Shown: positions 1 to 8,895 of the stretch, one piece after another | Position numbering within the stretch: the first letter of the stretch is position 1 | Layout of the letters: the number at the start of each line of letters is the position of its first letter | Source: a virus | Taxonomy: Duplodnaviria > Heunggongvirae > Uroviricota > Caudoviricetes | Virus record (IMG/VR): IMGVR_UViG_2522572021_000019 | Length of the DNA stretch: 26,196 nucleotides | Strand: one strand, 5' to 3' | Made by a program: the position numbers and the translations under genes | The notes under the pieces: model-generated | What the model saw: only the letters and a program-made list of their open reading frames with translations | Database searches by the model: none | What the model was told of the DNA's origin: nothing

Positions 1-21
1 TTCTATCATCGTCAGATTTTG

Positions 22-60
22 GGCACAGAGCAGACAGTTAGACTGGTTTGGCTCTGTGCC
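22..60. repeat. Perfect 10-bp inverted repeat (GGCACAGAGC ... GCTCTGTGCC) with a 19-nt loop, just 3' of the minus-strand HTH gene
   Basis: Read directly: 22-31 is the reverse complement of 51-60. No U-tract follows on either strand, so it is not a canonical intrinsic terminator. Confidence 0.3.
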
Positions 61-95
61 ATCTATGTGTCAGCTCATATCGGAGCTGGTTTATG

Positions 96-290
96 TTACT
101 CAATAACTCCCGCAAACCTGTAAATCTTGCGTGATGCCCATTTATTTGGGCAGGATTTAATATCAGGATCTGGAAAGTCTGGCCTGTATTTCTGGCCAGT
201 TCTCCTGTTTACGCTGTTCCAGCGAAGAACTGTCGATACTGAAACTCCACAGAAGTTGGCGACTTGTTTAGTTGTCATTAAGTTGTTCAT
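96..290 (-). CDS. Small helix-turn-helix DNA-binding protein, AlpA/excisionase-like (64 aa)
   Basis: ORF-track protein has a KQVANFCGVSVSTVLRW helix-turn-helix-like segment followed by an FPDP...W motif, as in AlpA/Xis-like prophage regulators. Its ATG at 290 overlaps the stop of the upstream minus-strand gene by one base. Confidence 0.5.
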   Translation of the reverse strand: MNNLMTTKQVANFCGVSVSTVLRWNSVNRRTGQKYRPDFPDPDIKSCPNKWASRKIYRFAGVIE

Positions 291-901
291 TACTTTACCT
301 CCTGCGGCGGCTCCGGTAGCGGCATCCAGTGGGTTACTTTCGATGCCGGTTCTTCCACATCGTCAGTAACTGCCCACCATTTGTTTCTCGACCAATCGTA
401 ATACCCTTCGAAGGTATCGCACTCAGTCCAGCCGTAAGACTTCCCCCAACACCAAACATACTGTTTATCGTCCGGCATTCGCTCACTACAGCTTATCCAA
501 CCATCCGGAGTTACCGGAGAGTTGCCCGACAGCTCGTTCAACTTGTAAGTCTGGCTTACAGGTTCGGTACCATGAAGCATGGCGGCGCGGCAGGCGTTCC
601 AGCCTTCATCAAAGCCGACTATGCCATTATTTAAAGACGGACGAACATCTGGCACCATCGGCACTGGCTTGGCTATATATAGCGGCTGAACATACCAGCC
701 CTTTGATAACCAACGGTCAGCAATGTTTTTACTCCGTGTTATTGCCGGAATACCTAAGCCATTGTCTGAATGCAGCCATGCCACCGGTTCTGCTTCCAGC
801 GATACCAAAGCAATTTCATAAGCACGGCGCTCAATATTGTCTCGCACATCCAGACTGCCTATGCGCTCTTTGATTTCTTTAATCAGTTCTTTGTCGGTAA
901 A
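290..901 (-). pseudogene. DUF551-family phage protein, 5'-truncated by the IS insertion (native part about 203 codons)
   Basis: ORF 290..994 has the Trp-rich C-terminal signature ...WISCSERMPDD...THWMPLPEPP. Its first 31 codons (994-902) are the reverse complement of the IS left end, and the native part has no start codon near the junction. Confidence 0.6.
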
Positions 902-926
902 TGAACCGCCCCGGGAATCCTGGAGA
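902..926. repeat. IS left terminal inverted repeat
   Basis: Exact reverse complement of 2187-2211. Confidence 0.9.
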
Positions 927-955
927 CTAAACTTCCTGAGAAAGAGGTAAACAGG

Positions 956-1282
956 ATGACTAAAAATACTCGTTTTTCCCCTGAAGTCCGTCAACGGGCA
1001 GTCCGTATGGTTCTGGAAAGTCAGGGCGAATATGACTCACAATGGGCGACAATTTGTTCCATTGCTCCAAAGATTGGCTGTACGCCGGAGACTCTGCGTG
1101 TCTGGGTTCGCCAGCATGAGCGGGATACCGGGGGCGGTGATGGAGGGCTCACCACCGCTGAACGTCAGCGTCTGAAAGAGCTGGAGCGTGAAAATCGTGA
1201 ACTGCGCCGCAGTAACGATATCCTTCGCCAGGCTTCCGCTTATTTTGCGAAGGCGGAGTTCGACCGCCTCTGGAAAAAATGA
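956..1282 (+). CDS. IS3-family transposase OrfA (108 aa, helix-turn-helix plus leucine zipper)
   Basis: ORF-track protein [19 protein letters not shown]...[36 protein letters not shown]. An A6 run at 1274-1279 spans the orfA stop and orfB start, the usual -1 frameshift window. Confidence 0.9.
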   Translation: MTKNTRFSPEVRQRAVRMVLESQGEYDSQWATICSIAPKIGCTPETLRVWVRQHERDTGGGDGGLTTAERQRLKELERENRELRRSNDILRQASAYFAKAEFDRLWKK

Positions 1283-2169
1283 TGCCACTGCTGGATAAGC
1301 TGCGTGAGCAGTACGGGGTCAGACCGGTATGCAGCGAACTGCATATTGCCCCGTCAACGTATTACCACTGTCAGCAACAGCGACATCATCCTGATAAACG
1401 CAGTGCCCGTGCTCAGCGCGATGACTGGCTGAAGAGAGAGATACAGCGCGTATACGATGAAAATCATCAGGTGTACGGTGTGCGTAAAGTCTGGCGCCAG
1501 TTGTTACGCGAAGGTATCAGGGTGGCCAGATGTACAGTGGCGCGCCTCATGGCGGTTATGGGGACTTGCCGGTGTTCTCCGGGGTAAAAGGTCCGTACTA
1601 CCGTCAGCCGGAAAGCCGTTTCCGCAGGCGACCGCGTAAACCGTCAGTTCGTGGCAGAACGTCCTGACCAGCTGTGGGTGGCTGATTTTACTTACGTCAG
1701 CACATGGCAGGGCTTCGTCTATGTGGCGTTCATCATTGATGTGTTTGCCGGATACATTGTGGGGTGGCGGGTCTCATCGTCCATGGAGACGACATTCGTG
1801 CTGGATGCACTGGAGCAGGCGTTATGGGCCCGTCGACCGTCCGGCACGGTCCATCACAGTGATAAAGGTTCTCAGTATGTATCGCTGGCCTACACACAGC
1901 GGCTTAAGGAAGCCGGATTACTGGCATCAACAGGAAGTACAGGCGACTCGTATGACAACGCGATGGCGGAGAGCATCAATGGTCTTTACAAAGCGGAGGT
2001 AATACACCGTAAGAGCTGGAAAAACCGTGCAGAAGTGGAACTGGCCACACTCACGTGGGTGGACTGGTATAACAATCGACGATTGCTGGAAAGGCTGGGC
2101 CATACTCCTCCGGCAGAAGCAGAAAAAGCTTATTATGCTTCCATCGGAAACGATGATCTGGCAGCCTGA
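1279..2169 (+). pseudogene. IS3-family transposase OrfB (DDE integrase core) with an internal frame disruption
   Basis: The track splits it into 1279..1587 (102 aa), an out-of-frame bridge 1457..1639, and 1651..2169 (172 aa). 1279 to 2169 is exactly 297 codons; the frame leaves near 1564 and returns near 1586-1589, passing a TAA at 1585-1587. Confidence 0.7.
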
Positions 2170-2186
2170 GTTCACAGATAAAACAC

Positions 2187-2211
2187 TCTCCAGGATTCCC
2201 GGGGCGGTTCA
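2187..2211. repeat. IS right terminal inverted repeat
   Basis: Exact reverse complement of 902-926. Confidence 0.9.
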
Positions 2212-2415
2212 GTCAGACGGGAGTTTGCCATCTGGGCAAAAGCGGTCGTGCAGGTGCTGGAGACATTACCGGATATTCTGGAACGTGACTGCGGCCTGCA
2301 GCCTGCCGCTGTGAGCCGTGTTCAGTCCATTATTGATGATCTGCGCGATCAGATAGCCCTGCGGGTGACCGAAGCAGGTGCGGATGATGAGGAGGAATTA
2401 CAGCAGGAGGAGTAA
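2212..2415 (+). pseudogene. 3' remnant (67 codons, no start codon) of the probable terminase small subunit gene, truncated by the IS
   Basis: The frame ending in TAATG overlap with the large terminase ATG (stop 2413-2415) is open back to the IS boundary and contains no ATG; it reads VRREFAIWAKAVVQVLETLPDILERDCGLQPAAVSRVQSIIDDLRDQIALRVTEAGADDEEELQQEE. Assignment as terS is from position only. Confidence 0.45.
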
Positions 2416-4517
2416 TGCTGAATCAGGAAACCGCAAAGGCAGCACGAACCGATTCAGGTTATATCCTTCGCGCACCGAGACGAATGCGGGTTGCTGATGC
2501 CGTTGCTCAGTATATGCGGGTGCCCATGGGGGCCGGGAACTCAGTCCCGTGGGATCCGCTGGTGGCACCGTATGTTATTGAGCCGATGAACTGCCTGGCC
2601 TCGCGTGAATACGACGCAGTGATATTTGTTGGCCCGGCACGAACTGGCAAGACTATCGGCCTGATTGACGGCTGGGTGATTTACAACGTGATTTGCGATC
2701 CTGCTGATATGCTGATCATTCAGATGACGGAGGAAAAAGCCCGCGAACACTCCAAAAAACGACTTGCCAGAACGTTTCGCGTCAGCCCGGAAGTGGTCAG
2801 TCGCCTGAGTCCGAACAAAAATGACAACAACGTTTATGACAGAACATTCCTTGCTGGCAACTACCTGAAAATCGGCTGGCCGTCAGTCAATATCATGTCC
2901 TCATCAGATTATAAATGCGTGGCGCTGACGGATTATGACCGTTTTCCGGAAGATATTGATGGCGAGGGGGATGCCTTCTCTCTTGCCTCAAAACGTACCA
3001 CCACATTTATGTCCAGTGGTATGACGCTGGTGGAGAGTTCCCCCGGCAGGGATGTGAAGGATGTGAAATGGCGACGGACTTCACCGCATGAGGCTCCACC
3101 AACCACGGGGATACTGTCGCTCTATAACCGTGGCGATCGCCGTCGCTGGTACTGGCCCTGTCCACACTGTGGTGAGTATTTTCAGCCCTGCGGCGATGTG
3201 GTTGCTGGTTTCCGTGATATTGCCGATCCCGTGCTGGCAAGTGAGGCGGCTTATATTCAGTGTCCTTCCTGTTCAGGACGGATTATGCCTGAACAAAAAC
3301 GTGAGCTGAACGGACGTGGGGTCTGGTTGCGGGATGGTGAATCCATCAATGCGGATGGCAGTCGTTATGGTGATCCCCGACGCTCACGTATTGCGTCATT
3401 CTGGATGGAGGGTCCGGCAGCTGCTTACCAGACACTCTCGCAACTCGTTTACAAACTGCTTGCTGCAGAACAGGAATACGAGACAACCGGAAGTGAAGAA
3501 ACACTCAAGACGGTTATCAATACCGACTGGGGATTACCTTATCTTCCCCGTGCCAGCATGGAGCAACGAAAAAGTGAACTGCTTGAGCAGCGGGCAGAGC
3601 CAGTTCCTTCCCGCAGTGTGCCGGATGGCGTTAATTTCCTGGTGGCGACAGTTGATGTGCAGGCGGGACGTCATCGCCGTTTTGTGGTTCAGGTAACGGG
3701 CTATGGCAGCCGTGGCGAACGCTGGATTATTGATCGTTACAACATCACGCAGTCATTGCGCGGTGACAGCGACGGGGAGAGCCAGCGAATTGATCCGGCC
3801 AGCTATCCGGAAGACTGGGATGTCCTGCTGACGGATGTTTTTCATAAAAGCTGGCCGCTGGCCTCCGATCCTTCTCAACAAATGCGACTGATGGCAATGG
3901 CGGTGGACTCCGGCGGTGAAGACGGAGTCACTGATAATGCCTATAAATTCTGGCGTCGTTGCCGTCGTGATGGCCTTGGTAAACGTATTTACCTGTTTAA
4001 GGGCGACAGCATCCGGCGCGCAAAACTGATCACCCGTACATTCCCTGATAACACCGGACGAACGGGCCGACGGGCGCAGGCCGCAGGTGATGTACCGCTC
4101 TGGCTTCTTCAGACGGATGCCCTGAAAGACCGGGTGAATAACGCGTTATGGCGTGACTCGCCAGGTCCCGGCTATGTGCATTTCCCTGACTGGCTGGGGA
4201 GCTGGTTTTACGACGAACTGACGTATGAAGAGCGGAGCAGTGACGGGAAATGGAGTAAGCCGGGTCGCGGTGCCAACGAAGCTTTTGACCTGATGGTGTA
4301 TGCCGAGGCTCCGGTCATTCTGCATGGATACGAAAAGATCCGCTGGCCGGATGCACCGGAGTGGGCGAGCCGGGAAACCTGGCTGGAGTGTGTCCCGGAC
4401 AGTACCGAACCGTCACCCACACCGGAACCGGTATCCACGCCTGTTAAAAAACAAAAACGGAAGAAAACAGTAACTGACGATGTTAACCCCTGGCTGACTT
4501 CCGGAGGATGGTTATGA
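2415..4517 (+). CDS. Terminase large subunit, lambda gpA family (700 aa)
   Basis: ATPase motif VGPARTGKT and a PCPHCGE motif as in lambda gpA; sits immediately upstream of the W-like and portal genes. Confidence 0.95.
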   Translation: MLNQETAKAARTDSGYILRAPRRMRVADAVAQYMRVPMGAGNSVPWDPLVAPYVIEPMNCLASREYDAVIFVGPARTGKTIGLIDGWVIYNVICDPADMLIIQMTEEKAREHSKKRLARTFRVSPEVVSRLSPNKNDNNVYDRTFLAGNYLKIGWPSVNIMSSSDYKCVALTDYDRFPEDIDGEGDAFSLASKRTTTFMSSGMTLVESSPGRDVKDVKWRRTSPHEAPPTTGILSLYNRGDRRRWYWPCPHCGEYFQPCGDVVAGFRDIADPVLASEAAYIQCPSCSGRIMPEQKRELNGRGVWLRDGESINADGSRYGDPRRSRIASFWMEGPAAAYQTLSQLVYKLLAAEQEYETTGSEETLKTVINTDWGLPYLPRASMEQRKSELLEQRAEPVPSRSVPDGVNFLVATVDVQAGRHRRFVVQVTGYGSRGERWIIDRYNITQSLRGDSDGESQRIDPASYPEDWDVLLTDVFHKSWPLASDPSQQMRLMAMAVDSGGEDGVTDNAYKFWRRCRRDGLGKRIYLFKGDSIRRAKLITRTFPDNTGRTGRRAQAAGDVPLWLLQTDALKDRVNNALWRDSPGPGYVHFPDWLGSWFYDELTYEERSSDGKWSKPGRGANEAFDLMVYAEAPVILHGYEKIRWPDAPEWASRETWLECVPDSTEPSPTPEPVSTPVKKQKRKKTVTDDVNPWLTSGGWL

Positions 4518-4726
4518 ACCAGAATGATATCGAAGCCATGATTCAGCGTTATACGGAAGCTGAAATGGCGGTGCTGGACGGAAAATCCGTCACCTTTAAT
4601 GGTCAGCAGATGACCATGGAAAACTTATCTGAGATCCGGCAGGGACGGCAGGAGTGGGAGCGCCGCCTTGCGGCTCTGATTACACGACGACGGGGGCATC
4701 CCGGGTACCGGCTTGCGAGGTTCTGA
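4514..4726 (+). CDS. Head-tail joining protein, lambda gpW-like (about 70 aa)
   Basis: C-terminus ...RRRGHPGYRLARF resembles lambda W ...RRRGPAGFYV. GGAGG at 4503-4507 precedes the ATG at 4514, which overlaps the terminase stop (ATGA). Confidence 0.8.
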   Translation: MNQNDIEAMIQRYTEAEMAVLDGKSVTFNGQQMTMENLSEIRQGRQEWERRLAALITRRRGHPGYRLARF

Positions 4727-6234
4727 TGGCAATTCTTGATGATGTGATTGGCGTTTTTTCACCAGGATGGAAAGCGGCAAGGCTGCGTTCCCGTGCGGTG
4801 ATCCAGGCTTATGAGGCCGTAAAAACGACGCGGACACACAAAGCCCGGCGGGAAAACCGAACTGCCGACCAGTTAAGCCAGTACGGGGCCGTGTCGTTAC
4901 GTGAGCAGGCCCGTTACCTTGATAACAACCACGATCTGGTCATTGGTGTATTTGACAAGCTGGAAGAACGGGTGGTGGGGAAAAACGGGATTATTGTCGA
5001 GCCACATCCGGTATTACGCAATGGGGCCATTGCCCGTGATCTGGCAGCGGAGATACGCACCCGATGGAGTGAATGGTCTGTCAGTCCGGAAGTCACCGGG
5101 CAGTTTACCCGTCCGATGCTGGAACGTCTGATGTTGCGTACCTGGCTGCGCGATGGTGAGGTGTTTGCCCAGATGGTTTCCGGGCGCATAAACAGCCTGA
5201 CGCCTTCTGCCGGTGTTCATTTCTGGCTGGAGGCGCTCGAGCCGGACTTTATTCCCATGACCAGTGATGAGAGCAACAGGCTGAATCAGGGCGTGTTTGT
5301 TGATGACTGGGGGCGTCCCGAAAAATATCTGGTGTATAAAAGCCGTCCCGTATCCGGACGGCAGATGGAAACCAAAGAAGTGGATGCAGAGCGAATGCTG
5401 CATCTTAAATTTGTTCGCCGTCTGCACCAGATGCGCGGGACGTCTTTGTTGTCCGGTGTGCTGATCCGCCTCAGTGCCCTGAAAGAGTATGAAGATTCTG
5501 AGCTGACTGCAGCAAGGATCGCCGCTGCTCTGGGGATGTACATCCGGAAAGGCGACGGGCAGAGCTATGAACCGGATGGTAATGGCAGCAAGGATAAGGA
5601 ACGCGAGCTTACCATTCAGCCAGGCATTATTTACGACGATCTGAAACCCGGCGAAGAAATCGGAATGGTGAAGTCGGATCGCCCCAATCCTAATCTTGAA
5701 ACTTTTCGTAATGGTCAGTTGCGTGCCGTGGCGGCGGGCAGTCGTCTGAGTTTTTCCAGTACAGCGCGCAACTATAACGGCACTTACAGCGCCCAGCGTC
5801 AGGAGCTGGTTGAATCCACTGATGGCTACCTGATCCTGCAGGACTGGTTTATTGGTGCCGTCACCCGCCCGATGTATCGTGCCTGGCTGAAACAGGCTGT
5901 GGCATCCGGTGTTATCAGGCTACCCCGCGATCTTGATCGTTCTTCACTGTATACCGCGGTGTATTCCGGACCGGTGATGCCGTGGATTGACCCTGTTAAG
6001 GAGGCTGAGGCCTGGAAAATTCAGATTCGTGGTGGAGCGGCGACAGAATCAGACTGGGTACGTGCAGGTGGTCGTAATCCGGATGATGTCAAACGTCGGC
6101 GCAAGGCCGAAATTGATGAAAACCGCAAGCTGGATCTGGTATTTGATACCGATCCGGCCAGTGATAAAGGAGGCAGCAGTGCCGCAACGAAACGACAGGA
6201 GCCGCAGCACACCGACGACCAGTCCGAAGAATAA
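4726..6234 (+). CDS. Portal protein, lambda gpB-like (about 502 aa)
   Basis: Shared motifs with lambda B as recalled (RWSEW, DGEVFAQ, SELTAARIAA, IDPVKEAEAW). The ATG at 4726 overlaps the W-like stop; the longer track ORF from 4654 is probably not the true start. Confidence 0.9.
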   Translation: MAILDDVIGVFSPGWKAARLRSRAVIQAYEAVKTTRTHKARRENRTADQLSQYGAVSLREQARYLDNNHDLVIGVFDKLEERVVGKNGIIVEPHPVLRNGAIARDLAAEIRTRWSEWSVSPEVTGQFTRPMLERLMLRTWLRDGEVFAQMVSGRINSLTPSAGVHFWLEALEPDFIPMTSDESNRLNQGVFVDDWGRPEKYLVYKSRPVSGRQMETKEVDAERMLHLKFVRRLHQMRGTSLLSGVLIRLSALKEYEDSELTAARIAAALGMYIRKGDGQSYEPDGNGSKDKERELTIQPGIIYDDLKPGEEIGMVKSDRPNPNLETFRNGQLRAVAAGSRLSFSSTARNYNGTYSAQRQELVESTDGYLILQDWFIGAVTRPMYRAWLKQAVASGVIRLPRDLDRSSLYTAVYSGPVMPWIDPVKEAEAWKIQIRGGAATESDWVRAGGRNPDDVKRRRKAEIDENRKLDLVFDTDPASDKGGSSAATKRQEPQHTDDQSEE

Positions 6235-6247
6235 TTCCTGGTTCAGG

Positions 6248-8206
6248 ATGCAGGCAGGTCACCAGAGTGACGCGGATATTTATATTTATGACGAGATTGG
6301 TTTCTGGGGTGTTACGGCGAAGCAGTTTATCAGTGATCTGAATGCACTGGGCGATATCACCCACATTAATCTCCATATTAATTCACCGGGTGGCGATGTC
6401 TTTGAAGGCATCGCCATTTTTAATGCACTGAAAACACATGGTGCGTCCATTACCGTTTATGTCGACGGTGTGGCGGCGTCAATGGCGTCGGTCATTGCGA
6501 TGGTGGGAAACCCGGTCATTATGCCGGAAAACTCCTTCATGATGATTCATAAACCATTTGGCTTTACGGGCGGTGATGCGGAGGACATGCGCACCTATGC
6601 CGACCTGCTCGATAAAGTTGAGGCGGTTCTGTTACCCGCTTATGCACAGAAAACCGGGAAAACCACCGATGAAATTGCTGCCATGCTGGCGGATGAGACC
6701 TGGATGTCCGGTGCCGAATGTCTGGCACAGGGATTTGCTGATCAGGTGACACCAGCCGTTAAGGCAATGGCATGTATTCAGTCAAAACGTACAGAGGAAT
6801 TTAAAAAGATGCCGGAATCCATTCGAAATATGATTACTCCGCCACGCAACAGTGCTCCACGCGTACAGGATGATGGACCTGCAGCCTCCCGGACGCCAGT
6901 GCAGGCAGCAGCACCCGTGGTGGATGAAAACAGCATCCGTGCGCAGGTCCTGGCAGAGCAAAAAGCGCGTGTAAACGGTATTAATGATCTGTTTGCCATG
7001 TTTGGTGGGCGTTATCAGTCGCTGCAGGCTCAGTGTCTTGCCGATCCTGAATGTTCGCTGGAGCAGGCCCGCGAAAAGCTGTTGAACGAGATGGGGCGCG
7101 AGTCCACGCCATCCAATAAAAATACCCCGGCTCATATTTATGCCGGTAACGGTAATTTTGTGGGGGACGGGATCCGCCAGGCGCTGATGGCGCGCGCCGG
7201 GTTTGAAAAAACCGAACGTGATAATGTCTACAACGGGATGACCCTGCGTGAATATGCCCGTATGTCACTGACTGAACGTGGTATTGGTGTTTCCAGTTAT
7301 AACCCGATGCAGATGGTCGGTGCGGCGTTCACACACAGTACGTCTGACTTCGGTAATATTCTGCTGGATGTTGCGAACAAAGCCATTCTGCAGGGCTGGG
7401 AAGATGCCCCTGAAACCTATGAACAGTGGACGCGGAAAGGTCAGTTGTCTGATTTTAAAATTGCCCATCGTGTGGGTATGGGGGGCTTCAGTGCTCTGCG
7501 TCAGGTGCGTGAAGGGGCAGAATATAAATACGTCACCACCGGAGATAAACAGGCCACTATTGCACTGGCGACCTATGGCGAGCTGTTCAGTATCACCCGT
7601 CAGGCCATTATCAATGATGATCTGAATATGCTGACCGATGTCCCGATGAAGCTGGGCCGTGCGGCGAAATCCACTATTGCCGATCTGGTTTATGCCATTC
7701 TGACGTCTAACCCGAAAATCTCCACAGATAATGTAAGTCTGTTCGATAAAGCGAAACATGCAAACGTACTGGAGAGCGCGGCAATGGACGTGGCATCGCT
7801 GGATAAAGCCCGCCAGTTGATGCGCGTTCAGAAAGAGGGTGAGCGTCATCTGAATATTCGTCCTGCGTTCGTACTGGTACCGACGGCGATGGAGTCTGTT
7901 GCTAACCAGGTCATTCGCTCCTCAAGTGTCAAGGGGGCTGACATTAACGCCGGTATTATTAACCCGGTGAAAGATTTTGCGACCGTTATTGCAGAGCCTC
8001 GTCTTGATGATAACAGCCAGACCACCTTCTACCTGGCTGCGTCCAAAGGCTCCGATACGATTGAAGTGGCTTATCTCAACGGTGTGGATACGCCATATAT
8101 TGATCAGATGGAGGGCTTCAGTGTGGATGGCGTGACAACGAAAGTACGTATTGACGCTGGTGTTGCGCCAGTTGATCACCGCGGCCTAGTGAAATGTACG
8201 GCGTAA
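6248..8206 (+). CDS. Prohead protease (ClpP/S49-like) fused to scaffold and major capsid domain (about 652 aa)
   Basis: N-terminal IYIYDEIGFWGVTAKQF...INSPGGDVFEGIAIFNAL...SMASVIAMVG is ClpP-like; a coiled-coil linker follows, then a roughly 340-aa capsid-like domain. Start chosen as the first ATG after the portal stop; the track ORF from 5987 runs inside the portal gene. Confidence 0.85.
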   Translation: MQAGHQSDADIYIYDEIGFWGVTAKQFISDLNALGDITHINLHINSPGGDVFEGIAIFNALKTHGASITVYVDGVAASMASVIAMVGNPVIMPENSFMMIHKPFGFTGGDAEDMRTYADLLDKVEAVLLPAYAQKTGKTTDEIAAMLADETWMSGAECLAQGFADQVTPAVKAMACIQSKRTEEFKKMPESIRNMITPPRNSAPRVQDDGPAASRTPVQAAAPVVDENSIRAQVLAEQKARVNGINDLFAMFGGRYQSLQAQCLADPECSLEQAREKLLNEMGRESTPSNKNTPAHIYAGNGNFVGDGIRQALMARAGFEKTERDNVYNGMTLREYARMSLTERGIGVSSYNPMQMVGAAFTHSTSDFGNILLDVANKAILQGWEDAPETYEQWTRKGQLSDFKIAHRVGMGGFSALRQVREGAEYKYVTTGDKQATIALATYGELFSITRQAIINDDLNMLTDVPMKLGRAAKSTIADLVYAILTSNPKISTDNVSLFDKAKHANVLESAAMDVASLDKARQLMRVQKEGERHLNIRPAFVLVPTAMESVANQVIRSSSVKGADINAGIINPVKDFATVIAEPRLDDNSQTTFYLAASKGSDTIEVAYLNGVDTPYIDQMEGFSVDGVTTKVRIDAGVAPVDHRGLVKCTA

Positions 8207-8229
8207 ACGTCGCAGACAACAACTCTGAT

Positions 8230-8249
8230 GGCCCGTAAGGGCTTTTTTT
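8230..8249 (+). terminator. Rho-independent terminator after the capsid gene
   Basis: GGCCCGTAAGGGC hairpin followed by T7 (8243-8249). A second GC hairpin CAGCCCC-TGAAC-GGGGCTG at 8261-8279 follows. Confidence 0.6.
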
Positions 8250-8292
8250 GTACCTGAAATCAGCCCCTGAACGGGGCTGTGCGGAGACAGTT

Positions 8293-8616
8293 ATGGCAAA
8301 GAATTTTGTAGAAGAAGGAAAAACGGTGGCGATTGTTGCCAGTGCAGCCATCAGCAGCGGAGATCTGGTGCAGGTGGGTGATGTTTTTGCGGTGGCGCTG
8401 ACCGATATTCCACAGGGAGAAACAGGCGACGGCATAACCGAAGGTGTGTTTATGCTGCCTAAGCTGAAAACGGATGACATGAAAACGGGTAAGAAGGTTT
8501 ATATGAAGTCAGGAAAAGTTCAGCTGACTAACAGCGGCTCTGATCCGCTGGTCGGGGTTGTCTGGGCAGATGCCGGAACCAGTGCAGAAGAAGTGCCGGT
8601 AAAACTCAATGTCTGA
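8293..8616 (+). CDS. Small head protein, DUF2190-like, probable capsid decoration protein (about 107 aa)
   Basis: Position directly after the capsid gene; GGAG at 8283-8286 precedes the ATG at 8293. The track's earlier start at 8248 lies inside the terminator region. Confidence 0.6.
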   Translation: MAKNFVEEGKTVAIVASAAISSGDLVQVGDVFAVALTDIPQGETGDGITEGVFMLPKLKTDDMKTGKKVYMKSGKVQLTNSGSDPLVGVVWADAGTSAEEVPVKLNV

Positions 8617-8884
8617 TCCCTTTTCCCGGCTGGCAGCGCGTATGGATGCGATCACGGTCAGAAAGATGGGAAAGACAGCCTCGATTAATGATGTCGATAT
8701 GACTGTGATCCCGGGAGAAACACTGGCAGAGCTGAATGCTCTGTCCGGACCTGCGGTCTCTCTGGTGGTGTTTTCTTCGGGATACCGCCCACGGCGCGGG
8801 GATCGCGTTGTTTATGACGGACAACAATGGACGGTCACACGGCATGAACGCTTTAACGGTAAGCCAATGATCTTTATTGAGTAA
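8609..8884 (+). CDS. Head-tail connector, lambda gpFII-like (91 aa)
   Basis: Sits in the FII position before Z and shares the RRGD motif region (RPRRGDRVVYDGQQWTVT against lambda QLRRGDTLTIGEENFWV). Overlaps the upstream gene by 8 nt. Confidence 0.65.
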   Translation: MSDPFSRLAARMDAITVRKMGKTASINDVDMTVIPGETLAELNALSGPAVSLVVFSSGYRPRRGDRVVYDGQQWTVTRHERFNGKPMIFIE

Positions 8885-8895
8885 AGAGGTGTGGG

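Larger units (their letters stand above)
902..2211 (+). mobile_element. IS3-family insertion sequence, IS629/IS1203-like, 1310 bp
   Basis: Perfect 25-bp terminal inverted repeats TGAACCGCCCCGGGAATCCTGGAGA at 902-926 and 2187-2211, ends TG...CA, with overlapping orfA/orfB in the -1 arrangement typical of IS3 elements. Length and orfA protein match my recollection of IS629. Confidence 0.9.

Noticed and set aside
127-634. Two + strand ORFs (80 and 101 aa)
   Set aside because: Antisense to the minus-strand DUF551-like gene, which has the convincing domain signature.
2027-2314. 95-aa ORF spanning the right end of the IS
   Set aside because: It crosses the IS terminal inverted repeat into flanking DNA and is out of frame with both the transposase and the terminase-small-subunit remnant.
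7265-7849. 194-aa minus-strand ORF
   Set aside because: Antisense to the capsid domain, with no ribosome-binding site context or recognisable motifs.
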